Both the position numbers and the translations under genes were made by a program. A stretch of DNA of 64,000 nucleotides from Tubulanus polymorphus. Lineage: Eukaryota > Animalia > Nemertea. The stretch is taken from the NCBI RefSeq assembly GCF_964204645.1, contig NC_134030.1:15500110-15564109 (forward strand). Reading direction: 5' to 3'. Below, piece after piece: positions 1 to 11,092 of this stretch. The notes below the pieces were generated by a model, which saw nothing but the letters and a program-made list of their open reading frames with translations, was not told the origin of the DNA and ran no database searches. Every line of letters begins with the position of its first letter. Position 1 is the stretch's first letter.

Positions 1-34
1 AAGTTTTATTATTCGATTTACACTCTCGTCTACA

Positions 35-740
35 TCAGCGTTGACAATAACCGCATCTATATTCCTGGTTAGCGTGATCATCGTAGAATTTGCAAGGTCC
101 CATTTTATCTAGCTCGGGTAGTATTTTTGTTAAGGGTAACTTTTTAAAACGTCTCCATTGTAGAATGTTGAAACCAATTTTACAAGCGTTTTGATTCTTC
201 CGTAAGACATCGTTTTTTGAATCGAAATTCCTGAGATCTATACATACACGGTCATAAAGCGAATTGTGATATACGTCCACGTACGTCGTACGCCCTAAAT
301 GTTTCGAAAATCTATGCATGTTATCACGCGTTATTCTTTTAATTTGTTCGTCGATTGTCTCAACGCATGCCATTAGGTGAACGTATTCTTGAAGATCCAA
401 CACGATTCCGCACCGGGTAGGAATAAACGTTCTCGATTTCATAGAACATTCGAAAAGTCTTATGTCTATTCGGTCGTAATCACGCCTTTCGTCATTCACC
501 GTAACATACGTAAGACCACCGATATGGAATATTTTCACCCCCATTCGTCCGTTATTTCCTGAAAATGATTAGAAAAAAGAAAAAATATATACAAGTCATG
601 TTACTAACATCGTAAATCAATAAAAAGAAAAAAAACAAAAACAAAAAACAACTACCTTGGTCATCATCATCGTCATCATCGTCATCATCATCGCTTCTTT
701 TACGTTTTCCTGAAACCATACAGTCGTTAGTATGGTCCAT
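35..740 (-). CDS. Spliced tandem PC4-like (ssDNA-binding/coactivator p15 fold) protein; exons 740-656 and 558-35
   Basis: There are two PC4-like units (HIGGLTYVTV..IDIRLF..PTRCGIVL; HLGRTTYVDV..IDLRNF) and a C-terminal C/H/CxxC cluster. A GT donor at 655 and a ttttcAG acceptor at 560-559 join exon 1 (KRKR plus Asp11) in frame via G-N-N-G-R-M. AATAAA is on the minus strand at ~5-10. Confidence 0.7.
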
Positions 741-837
741 TACGATTACCGAATACGAAATCACCGCAGCAGCAGCAAAGAATGAATACCCTTAATTACA
801 ACGCCTCTAATTACAATAACCGAATGGCCTTACCTTT

Positions 838-972
838 TACTTAATTGCTACCACCACCACTAAGGATTAACTTAATTGCCACCGCTAGGGATTAACTTAA
901 TTGCCACCGCTAGGATTAACTTAATTGCCACCGCTAAGGATTAACTTAATTGCCACCGCTAAGGATTAACGG
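838..972. repeat. ~25-bp tandem repeat (cttaattgccaccgctaaggattaa) x~5
   Basis: Directly visible. Confidence 0.9.
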
Positions 973-2065
973 TACACCACCACCCGCTGTGTTCATTGTT
1001 ATCAGAGGGATTAACGGCTTAATTACGGCAATTACACCACCACCACACCGCCACCACCGTGTTCACTCAACCATGGGTGCCACAACACATACTACTGCTG
1101 TTCAGACGTATCACCGCAGCCAATGAATTCAATTTCTGGAAACTCATCCCCATTCTTCTTTAACGCGCGGTTTCCAGATACGAAGAGGAATGTTTTTTTG
1201 CGTGCATCGTCATATTCTAGTGCCCAAGACATGTCGTGGATAAAGTAGATATTTTCAAGTAAGATAAGTGATTTTGCTGTAAAGCTAGTACCGAAGTGGC
1301 TACGAATTAGGTTAGAGCTGATCTTTTATACCGCTTAATATATTGTAACATGTGAAAAAAATTATACGTTCATCAATCATGTCAGGTATGGACAGTTTCC
1401 ACGAATGATAGCAACGGAAAACACATCTAATATATACTGAACGAATGATTAATTGCGTGCTAACTGAGAAGTTGCTTAGAACTGATCTACAGAAATATAA
1501 ACATTTTCAATTGATGATCAGCCGACGGAGTATCAACGGGTGTTGTCAAGGTTTACACCTGCTGGCGATGTAGGAAGCTATGTAATTAGTTCTAATGATT
1601 TGACAAACCCCGAAAATTGCCCAGCAGTATTTTTTCTCCTTTGATGAAAATGACCACTAAGCTTTAACATTGTAAAAAGTATGCCAAAAATGACACCCGC
1701 AAGTGTATATTAAAAAATTCATCTTTTACTTGTGATCAGCAGAACAAGATTGATACAGTAAGTGGATTACCGAAAACTTAGTATGTGGTGGCGTGGTCTA
1801 GCAGCAGCCTTGCTGGAGAAGCAATCAGCGAATCATTGTTTAATCGTCAATCAATAATCTAAAGATTACTCTCTACACTTAATGTTCTTTGCAAAAATAT
1901 CAAGGACCCAGCAGTTAATCTTTTTTTTCACATTGAAAATAAAAAAGGTACCGTGATCTGTTCGTGACTTTTCCAGCGAGCTGTCTCGAATAAAAGGAGC
2001 ATGTCAATCCCAGTTTTTTTTGGTTTCGTATATTGGATGAAATGTAAGGGACGGGTTTATTTCGT

Positions 2066-2392
2066 CTTCTAAAACAACCGCCAGGTGACCAGCTTCATAT
2101 ATCTATGACACGGGTTCACTATTTATTCTGTTTTCTAAAACTTCCGACAGGTGACCAGCTTCATATATCTATGACACGGGTTCACTATTCATTCTGTTTT
2201 CTAAAACAACCGACAGGTGACCAGCTTCATATATCTATGACACGGGTTCACTATTTATTCTGTTTTCTAAAACAACCGACAGGTGACCAGCTTCATATAT
2301 CTATGACACGGGTTCACTATCTATTTAGTTTTCTAAAACATCCGCCAGGTGACCAGCTTCATATATCTATGACATGGGTTCACTATTTATTT
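2066..2392. repeat. 69-bp minisatellite x~4.7
   Basis: Directly visible; it explains the 23-aa periodic ORF 2105-2440. Confidence 0.95.
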
Positions 2393-2985
2393 AGAGGAGT
2401 TGGTGTTTACATTTCTGAAACAGACATGCCGTGCCAATAAGAGCATTAATGGTTTACTATATCGCAGTAATTGGTAAATCGTTTTATTGAACACGCACAA
2501 ATAAAATACAGTCGATGACCGGGAAGTTGGATCCCCGAAAATTAAGGGATTCCATATTTTAATAATTCCATTTTCAAATAATAGACTGTTAATTGATCTA
2601 TATTTGTTAACAAACCATTTTTATATCTGTAAATTTTAAACCACAATCCCATGTTAATCCTGGACTTGAATAACAATGACATGGATCAATATCGAAATAT
2701 TTTAGATTTACATCTCTAAACCTTTCGAATATATCAGTTAATAATAATACATCTGATTTTAGATATGAATCTACTAATTGTCCATGATTTTCTATTTTGA
2801 AATGATTCCAAATATTCAATGTTCTATTATAGACTTCATCTTTAACATAATCATTTTTTAATTCATCATAGAATTGTTCATTCAATAATTCAGTTATGTT
2901 AAAATCATTATGTGATTTATAAAATGAATATGGAATTGCTCCTTTATATCTCATTAATTGGAAATCATCATTATTTGGGTAGTGT

Positions 2986-4764
2986 GATTCTTTTATTGAT
3001 GTACCACTCCCTCGGTTTCCTTTTATAGATCTTGGTCATTCCTTCAATAGTTTTAGTACGGTTACTGAAAAGTCCCTCAACGACATTATCACTTCAATGA
3101 CCAATAAGTCATGTTCAATTGATCCGATTCCCACTACTTTTCTAAAACAATGCTTACCTGAAGTTTTACCAAAGTTAGTCGATATTTTTAACTTGTCCCT
3201 CACTGAGGGCACAGTTCCTGACTCTTTCAAAATAGCAACAGTCAGGCCATTGTTGAAAAAGCCAGGTCTTAATTCAAATGTTTTATGTAACTATCGACCT
3301 GTCTCTAATCTACCTTTTATCAGTAAAGCTATAGAGCGGCATGTATTGAATGATTTGAGTCAGTATCTATCTGATAATAACCTCTTCTCAACATTTCAGT
3401 CTGCCTATAGGAAGTTCCATAGCACCGAAACGGCAGTTTTAAAAGTACACAATGATATTTTGTTAGCTCTTGATATTCACGATCTAACTGCGGCTTTTGA
3501 CACCATAGATCACGGTATTCTATTGAATAGATTACAGAATCGGTATGGAGTGAAAGATGTTCCTTTAGAATGGTTTAGGTCATATTTAAAAAATAGGTAT
3601 CAGCGTGTTGTGATTGACAGATCGTCATCTCAAAATGTTAAACTCATGTGTGGTGTGCCTCAGGGGAGTGTACTAGGCCCTACACTTTTCAGTTTATATC
3701 TTGCACCAATCGAAGAAATTATTATTAAACATAAACTCGACTTAATGTTATATGCCGATGATACCCAGAATTATTTCGTCTGCAAGAGTTGTGCAGCTTC
3801 TAAATCAAGAGTTGAGAAGTGTGTTGACGAAATAAAGGAATGGTTGAAGTGCAATAGACTTGTTTTTAATGATAGTAAGACAGAGGTTATACATTTTACG
3901 TCAAAACTTCGTAAGGGAGACAAGCTATCAAGTATTAGAATAGGAGATGACAGTATAGCTACTTGTCAGTCAGTCAGAGATCTTGGCTTTTATTTCGATC
4001 ATAATTTTACCATGTCTTGTCATATATCTTATGTCTGTAGATCGATTTCTTACTCCCTGCATCGCATTGGTAAAATACGCAAGTTTTTAGATCGCACTAG
4101 CACCGAAAGATTGATTCACGCTTTTATAACTTCCAAATTAGATTACTTTAATAGTCTTCTCTACGGTCTTCAGAATTGTTATATTTCTCGCCTACAAATG
4201 CTTCAAAATTCAGCCGCACGCCTAGTCACTCTAACTAAGAAGCACGAGCATATCACTCCTATACTGTATGAACTACATTGGCTCCCTGTTCAATCGCGCA
4301 TTGAATACAAAATTCTCCTGTTAACTTTTAAAATTTTGCATGACCAAGCACCAGCCTATCTTTCGTCTGTTTTAAGCACTCTTACACCTTCCAGACACAC
4401 GCGCTCGACCGTGGCAACTAAATTATTTGAACTGAGATACCGCCAAAAATTTTATGGCTCTCGAGCTTTTGCGGTGGTAGCCCCCCGCCTTTGGAATGCT
4501 TTGCCACAGTCGATGCGCGATTTATCTTCCCTTAATAGTTTTACCTCGCAATTGAAAACGCACCTATTTAATCAGCACTACAAATGATTTTACTTGAAGC
4601 AACCGTTTGAAATTAAATATCTATTTTATTGGGTAATATTTTGTATATCTGTCAATTGTCTTATGTTTTTGTCAACTTGTAAAGTCTGTTGAGATATTTT
4701 TATGTAACGGACTGTAAATAAATATTATTATTATTATTATCATTATTATTATTATTATTATTAT
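2986..4764 (+). mobile_element. 5'-truncated L2-clade (CR1/L2 group) LINE
   Basis: RT ORF, short 3' UTR and (TTA)n tail. Flanked by TAGTGT at 2980-2985 and 4765-4770. Confidence 0.92.
3097..4587 (+). CDS. LINE reverse transcriptase (ORF2, 5'-truncated)
   Basis: NYRPVSNLPF, QSAYRKFHSTETA, DLTAAFDTIDH, GVPQGSVLGP and YADD, plus an L2-type C-terminus HITPILYELHWLP..RAFAVVAPRLWNALP. Confidence 0.93.
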   Translation: MTNKSCSIDPIPTTFLKQCLPEVLPKLVDIFNLSLTEGTVPDSFKIATVRPLLKKPGLNSNVLCNYRPVSNLPFISKAIERHVLNDLSQYLSDNNLFSTFQSAYRKFHSTETAVLKVHNDILLALDIHDLTAAFDTIDHGILLNRLQNRYGVKDVPLEWFRSYLKNRYQRVVIDRSSSQNVKLMCGVPQGSVLGPTLFSLYLAPIEEIIIKHKLDLMLYADDTQNYFVCKSCAASKSRVEKCVDEIKEWLKCNRLVFNDSKTEVIHFTSKLRKGDKLSSIRIGDDSIATCQSVRDLGFYFDHNFTMSCHISYVCRSISYSLHRIGKIRKFLDRTSTERLIHAFITSKLDYFNSLLYGLQNCYISRLQMLQNSAARLVTLTKKHEHITPILYELHWLPVQSRIEYKILLLTFKILHDQAPAYLSSVLSTLTPSRHTRSTVATKLFELRYRQKFYGSRAFAVVAPRLWNALPQSMRDLSSLNSFTSQLKTHLFNQHYK

Positions 4765-7014
4765 TAGTGTTGCTTTAATATTTTCAATTCATCATCAACT
4801 AATGATTTTGATAAGTTATCTAATGAACTATTTAAAAATCTATATGAATCTATAAATCTTAAACACCCAAATTGGAATGATATATAATTCTCAGATGTTT
4901 TAGCTAACATTTTAAATTTATAAGTTGGTATTTTATCTTTTGATCTATTTGAATTTAATCTTTCTATTTCATTATTGATTTCTTCTATTTTATGGCATAA
5001 CTGTTTGATGAATAAATGTGCATCATATCCTGATAGATTATGAAATATAACTGGTACAAAATTAATTTTCTTAGCTTGTAAGTTACAATTCTCATGTGCG
5101 GCGCCTCTAAACCTTCCATTCAAATGATTATGGTCTCTTACTTTTTTATCTTTATAATTAAATATCTTTTCACAATAATAACATTTATCTGTAAACACAA
5201 ATTCTTCTTTATCTTCTTCTGTCATTATAATTTATTTGTATTCAATAATTTAATAAACCTTATTTCATATTCAATTAATAAGTCACAAAAATGATTAATA
5301 ACATTTTCATTTCTATAATGATAATATTCACTTTTAATTAGTTCTGGATAATCAGATTTAATATATAACCCGAAAGCAGCAGCTGATTGATGAATCTTTT
5401 TAATAGTATTTGTTTTTGGTTCATCTGAAAAATCATTTTCATTAGAATTTAATTTCTTTCTTTTATAATATATTTCTTTTCTATCTTGATCAGTTAATTC
5501 TTTATTTAATGATTCAAAATCTCCGTATATAACAAATGGAACTTTATTTTTGTAATCATATTTTTTGAATTCTAATATTTTATCTTTTTCATTTGGTAAA
5601 ACTAATTTACAATAATCATGATTTTCACATAATTGTTTATGATTTAATAATGTACTTTCATTACTGAATTTATGTAAACATTTTCTACATAGGTATATTT
5701 TATTATGGTGATCACTTTCTGTTCTAAAGAATAAATCTATTTGTTTAATCCACATATAATGATTCTCATAATATAATATATCTATAACATCGTTTGAATC
5801 ATAAACTTTTGATAGATATAAAGGTTCTAATGTATAATGTTTTATATTGTTACCTTTTGTATTTGGCAATTTGATTAAATCAAATACATTTATCTTTATA
5901 GTATTATCTCTTTCTATTTTTGGGATGTTTTTAATTATAACAGGATAATTATCTATCTTATAATTATTTTCAAATGGTTTATAATGAGTTAATCTACAAA
6001 TATTATAAGTTTCAGGATGTAAACAACTTATTATAGCCCATAGAAAACATTTATCATCTTCATTTTGTACATTTATTACAGCATTAGTTTTAAATGGTAG
6101 TTTAATATAACTCGATGCTTCAATATCTGGTTCTTTATAATATGATACATTATTTTCATCAATTTGTTTTGATTTAGTTAACTTATTATATTTTGTGTTA
6201 TAAACATGTAAAGTCATAAATATTATTTCATCAAATATTAAACCAGATCCTTCAAAATATTTCTCTTCTATTTTAGTTTTTACTTCATTATAACATTCAT
6301 CTAATTTATCATCTATATGTTGTTTATATATAATATGTTGTGAATGAGAATCTATATTATATATTGGTTTATCTTCAGATTTTATGAATTTAACTTTAGA
6401 AGATATACTTATTTTTAGGATATTCAACATCAGTTATTATTTTTATTATTTCTTTCATATTTTCTAAATGTTTTTTATTTTCTTCTTATGTTTTTCCTTT
6501 ATGAAATTTAAACTCGATAGCTGCTGGGCCAATATCACTTTTAAATGCTTCGGTTATCTCTATATCTTTTTTATTATCCAATAAATTAATATATTTTCTT
6601 ACATCTTCCATGTATGGTCTTTTATTGTTTAATTTATTTTTTATTCTTTTAATTGTCTTCTGTTTCTTATCATTATCTTCATCAAAATAATCTTCACCTA
6701 AAATATCATTATTCTTATTTCTAATATGACTTTTAGATTTTAAATGTTCTTTATAATATCTTTTATCACTGAATGATTGATTACATGTATCACATTTGTA
6801 TGTTTCTTTTTCATTCTTTAATTCATCTAATTTAGTTTCTAATATATCATCTTCATATTCTAACACTTTTAATGTTTAAAAATCTAACTCATACAAAAGT
6901 GATTATTGAAATAATGTTTAAAATATATCTATATATCTATTCTATAAGAGCTTACACTTTTATATTGAATAATCTGTCAAATTAAATGTTATTCATGTAA
7001 ATGATTATTTTAAG

Positions 7015-7424
7015 AGTAATAGGGGCAATAGGCTTTCAGTTTAAAGGTTGAATGGTCGAGTTCATTAAAAACAAATATTAAAAGTAATTTAAAACTATAA
7101 TATATTTTCATAACCGTGTGCATTTCAGTTGAATAATAGAATAATTATTATTATTAAAATATATTTGATTATATGAATTTGTGTATTGTAATAAATCAAT
7201 TGGTCGCGGAGCGGAGCGGTAGCGAAGCGGAGCGACCAATTGATTTTTATACAATATGCATTTAAAATTTAAATTATTAATATCTTAGAATAAATATTTA
7301 GTTATAATATGAAATACACACGGTTATGAAAATATATTATAGTTTTAAATTACTTTTAATATTTTGTTTTTTAATGAGCTCGACCGTTCGACCTTTGATT
7401 TGAAAGCCTATTACCCCTATTACT
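7015..7424. mobile_element. 410-bp foldback mini-element with Polinton-type AGTAAT...ATTACT ends
   Basis: The arms are imperfect reverse complements. The central hairpin is caattggtcgc-(gga-gc-rich loop)-gcgaccaattg. The ends resemble those of 27996-31878. No TSD is seen. Confidence 0.8.
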
Positions 7425-7439
7425 TACATGAATCAATAG

Positions 7440-8360
7440 TTTTCCATATTGTTGAGCGTAATATAATTTAGGGGATTCTTAGCATCTCAATAACTTTGAT
7501 TTTCTATTCACAGAACTGTATTCAAAGCATACAGAGTTCTGTATACAAAATATATCATATATATATAATTCCGATTTTAGAACGCATGGTAAATTGCAAG
7601 GCATTGGTGAACAGTTTTAAATAAAAAGAACTGATTATTCACATAGAGTTGGTGCTTATCATAATTATGAAATCGATAATGATGATGGTTGGAATAATTT
7701 TATTATAGATAATGGTGAAGGTTTTACAAAGCCTGGTATACAACGAATAAATCAATCTATTCGAATATATTTAATTTGTATTTTCGGCGCACAAGTTGAA
7801 ACAAGATCACCAATAGTTGGAAATGATAGTACTTCATTTGATGCGCAGAAACAATTGAAAGTATTATTTGAAGATTCTATTCATAATGATAAAAATAGAT
7901 CGATTCCAGAAAATATAGTAAGTTATCAAAATTATTTACATAAATCACATATTAGATTAATTTATTGTATAGGTCCTAATTTATTAATTATTTCTAATGA
8001 TTCAGTATTAAAAATTGGAAATATAATTGGTTTATTATAATTTAATTAAGACTGCAACAATAAAAAACAAGTTTGGGTTAAATGATATAAATAAAAAAAT
8101 TATCACTGCTCCAAAATTAATGGAAGGTGAAAAAAATTAAAAAAAACATATTCAATCAACTGAAACTAAAACTAAGAATATCAAATTTGATAACGATTCT
8201 AAAATGAAAGATTACAATACTACAGAAAATATAAAAACTGATAACATTCAACATGAAATGATTGAAACTAAAAATGATAATAAATCACATGAAAATATTA
8301 AATTAGTTATATCTAGCGTAGCTATTATAATAGGAGGAATATTATATTTTAGATTTTAAT
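7440..8360 (+). pseudogene. Conserved Polinton accessory protein with C-terminal TM helix (disrupted)
   Basis: GFTKPGIQRINQSIRIY..GAQVETRS..FDAQKQ resembles a conserved ORF of invertebrate Polintons (recalled, not searched). It ends SSVAIIIGGILYFRF. Confidence 0.6.
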
Positions 8361-8375
8361 TTTCTTAAGATATAA

Positions 8376-9800
8376 ATGGATGTAGAAGGTGTGGAAGGTT
8401 ATGAAATGGACCCTTTTGATTTTGATGAACCTGGTATAACTGATGAACCACAACCTGATTTCAATGAAACAAATATTGATTATGATAATAAACAGAATAT
8501 AATTCTAATTTAAATATACATGCAGAATCACAATTTTACCCTGAAAAAATATGATCCAGATTTTGACCCAGATTATATAAAACAAGATTTAGATAATATT
8601 CACAAAATAGATAAATCAGTACGTTTAATTGAAAATTCTAAACTTAATATAAATGATAAAGACTTTAACGTTAGTTATATAAATTAAAATTTTTAGATAA
8701 TGGTAAATGTTATTATCATTTGGAAGGTGATTATTATATTGATATCACTTATAAAGTTGAAAATAAAATATTAGCAGAATCAACTTTGAAAAAATTAGAA
8801 ACATTTAGAATTAAAAGAATAAGTAATAGTAATGAAATAACTGATGTAACAAAAGCAGAAAAAGATTATAATTTAATTGATTTTAGTCAAAGTGATGACT
8901 TATTTGAAATAATCAAAAAGAAACCAGAAACAGAACCAACTTCTGAACAGAATATAACTTCCAAAACTAGTAAACTTAAATCAAACGAAGATCCAATTGA
9001 AAAACTTTACCAAATGGATTAATTGATGCAACAGATCAACAATTAGAAGATTTAAATATATTTTCTGATGAAGCAATTAGAGAAATTATTAGTATAAGAA
9101 ATGAAGTTGATAAATTTGCGCACAATAAAATGATTAGAGATAAAAAAATTATTACTTTAGAAAGAAAAACTGATAAAATTAAAGAAATAGAACAATTAAA
9201 ATTAGAATGAGATAATAAAGTTATTGAAGAAATTGAATTTAAAGAAATAATGCACATTTAGAAAAAGAAATTGATAAATTAGAATATAACACAGAATTTC
9301 AGAAAGAAGAAAAAAAATTATTATTAAAATCATATGATTATTGTAATAATGGATTAAAAGTTATTTCTAAAGATTTGTTGATAAAATCAGATTCTAAAAC
9401 ATCATTAAAAGATAAAATAAAATAATTATTTAAGTTTGAAGGTATAACAATTCTTTCAATTGTAACATCTGTAACTATGATATTTACAACAATAGGTTGA
9501 GTTATATCAAATGATTTTAAATCTACACCTACTCCCAATAAACCGGATAAACCTCCAAATAATAATAATTCTATACAAGATAAAGTTAAAAATGGTTTAA
9601 AGAAATTAGCAAAATATCTATGGGAATTATCAAAAATATCTGCTGCTGCTTTACCCGGTGTTATAGCATCAATTGTTGGTTTTATATTGAAATATGTATG
9701 CTGGAAATATTATTAGTTTTGCTGCTGAACATATTATTTTATTTTTAATTACAATTGTAAGTGCTATCATTTTTGGATTAGTGAATATGATAAAGAATAA
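8376..9800 (+). pseudogene. Polinton coiled-coil/membrane-associated protein (disrupted)
   Basis: Acidic N-terminus, coiled coil, then hydrophobic/amphipathic helices (GITILSIVTSV.., GLKKLAKYLWELSKISAAALPGVIASIVGFIL, FAAEHIILFLITIV). Confidence 0.6.
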
Positions 9801-9824
9801 ATAAGTAATTTTATTTCTTAATAA

Positions 9825-11092
9825 ATGAGTGGTAGTTATATAAATCCTTCTAAGAATTCTAGAATATCAAATGCTATTAAAGCAGAAAGATCTCATCATA
9901 TCATTACTCATAATCCTTGTAATATTAATCCTGATGAAACTTTATATGTTAGAATTCCTCGATTAACACAAAATACTTTTTATGTTCCAAATAGTATTTA
10001 TTTATCAGCTGATATAAAAGTAACTGGTCATGATAATAATTACGTTGTCGATAATGTTGGAAGGTATTTGATTAAAAAATTAACTATAAAGATTGGACCA
10101 GAAACAGTTTTTTCATTAGATGTTTGTAATTTATTTATGCATTATAAAGATTTAGGGTTAACAAAAGAGAATAGAAATAATATGATATTTCAAGGCATCC
10201 AATCCTTAAATCAAAATAAATTAAGATCAGAAGCTAATAATCCAAAAGTAACTAATGCTGAAGATAATTTGATTAAAAAGATTTATGGAAGTAAATATAA
10301 AATTCCATTAGACTTTGAATTGATAAATAATAATGCGCCTTTATATAAATATGCTATACAAGAAGATATTATTTTTGAAATAATATTTGCTCCTGTTAAT
10401 GAAATTGTGCTATTAAGTGTAGTTAAAGATATGGGCTATAAATTATCGAATACATGTTTAGAATATGACACAGTAACTGATGAAAATATTGTTAGCATAA
10501 TTCAAACTCAATATAATCAAGGATTTTCATGATCATATGATTATATTAATAAATTTAAAACTGTAACTATTCGTGCAAATGATGAAATAATTAATGAGAA
10601 TATTAACTTTCCAAGAAGATCTATTAACGGTATATTAATATTTTTTACAATTGCAACATATTCTAACGGCGCAATAAATGTTCATAATTATTATAATCCT
10701 GAAATATCAAAAGTAGAAATAACAATTGAAGGTATAGCAAATAAATTATTTTGTCAAAGAATGAGAATGATTGATCAGTGGCCAGAAATTAGAAAATATT
10801 TTATGAATGAAAAATTATATCATTTGAAAATTGTAATATTAATCAAATTGATTATTATACCGGCAATAAATATGCATTATGGTTAGATTTTAGAACGACA
10901 GAGGATAACTTATTACATAGTTCTGGGAAAAAATTACAAAATACAAAAGATGGAATACAAGTATTCATGAAAAAGAAAAAAGGAGAAAAATGTTTCAAAA
11001 TGCACATTTATATTATATCTGACGCGCAATTAAATATTATGAATTCTCAATTAGATAGTATTCAATATAAAGTTAAAATTAACGATACATAA
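9825..11092 (+). pseudogene. Double jelly-roll major capsid protein
   Basis: HNPCNINPDETLYVRIP..NVGRYLIKKLTIKIG..FQGIQ..CLEYD. The match continues past TGA 10530 with NFPRRSINGILIFF, YNPEISKVEITIEG, YALWLDFRTTEDNLLHSSG and YIISDAQLNI. It lies directly upstream of the integrase. Confidence 0.78.

Larger units (their letters stand above)
2560..6866 (-). pseudogene. Protein-primed family B DNA polymerase (pPolB), N-terminal and exonuclease parts; C2H2 finger and EndoVII-like insert; split by a LINE
   Basis: Motifs SSYIKLP..AVINVQNEDDKCFLWAI, VPFVIYGDFES, VRDHNHLNGRFRGAAHENCNL, FHNLSGYDAHLFI, FIDSYRFL, KGAIPY, YLKSDVLLLTDIFERFR and SSPGLTWD. Removing 2986-4770 restores KILKQHYPNN. The polymerase core is missing. 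Confidence 0.93.

Noticed and set aside
2105-2440. 111-aa repeat ORF
   Set aside because: Translation of the 69-bp minisatellite.
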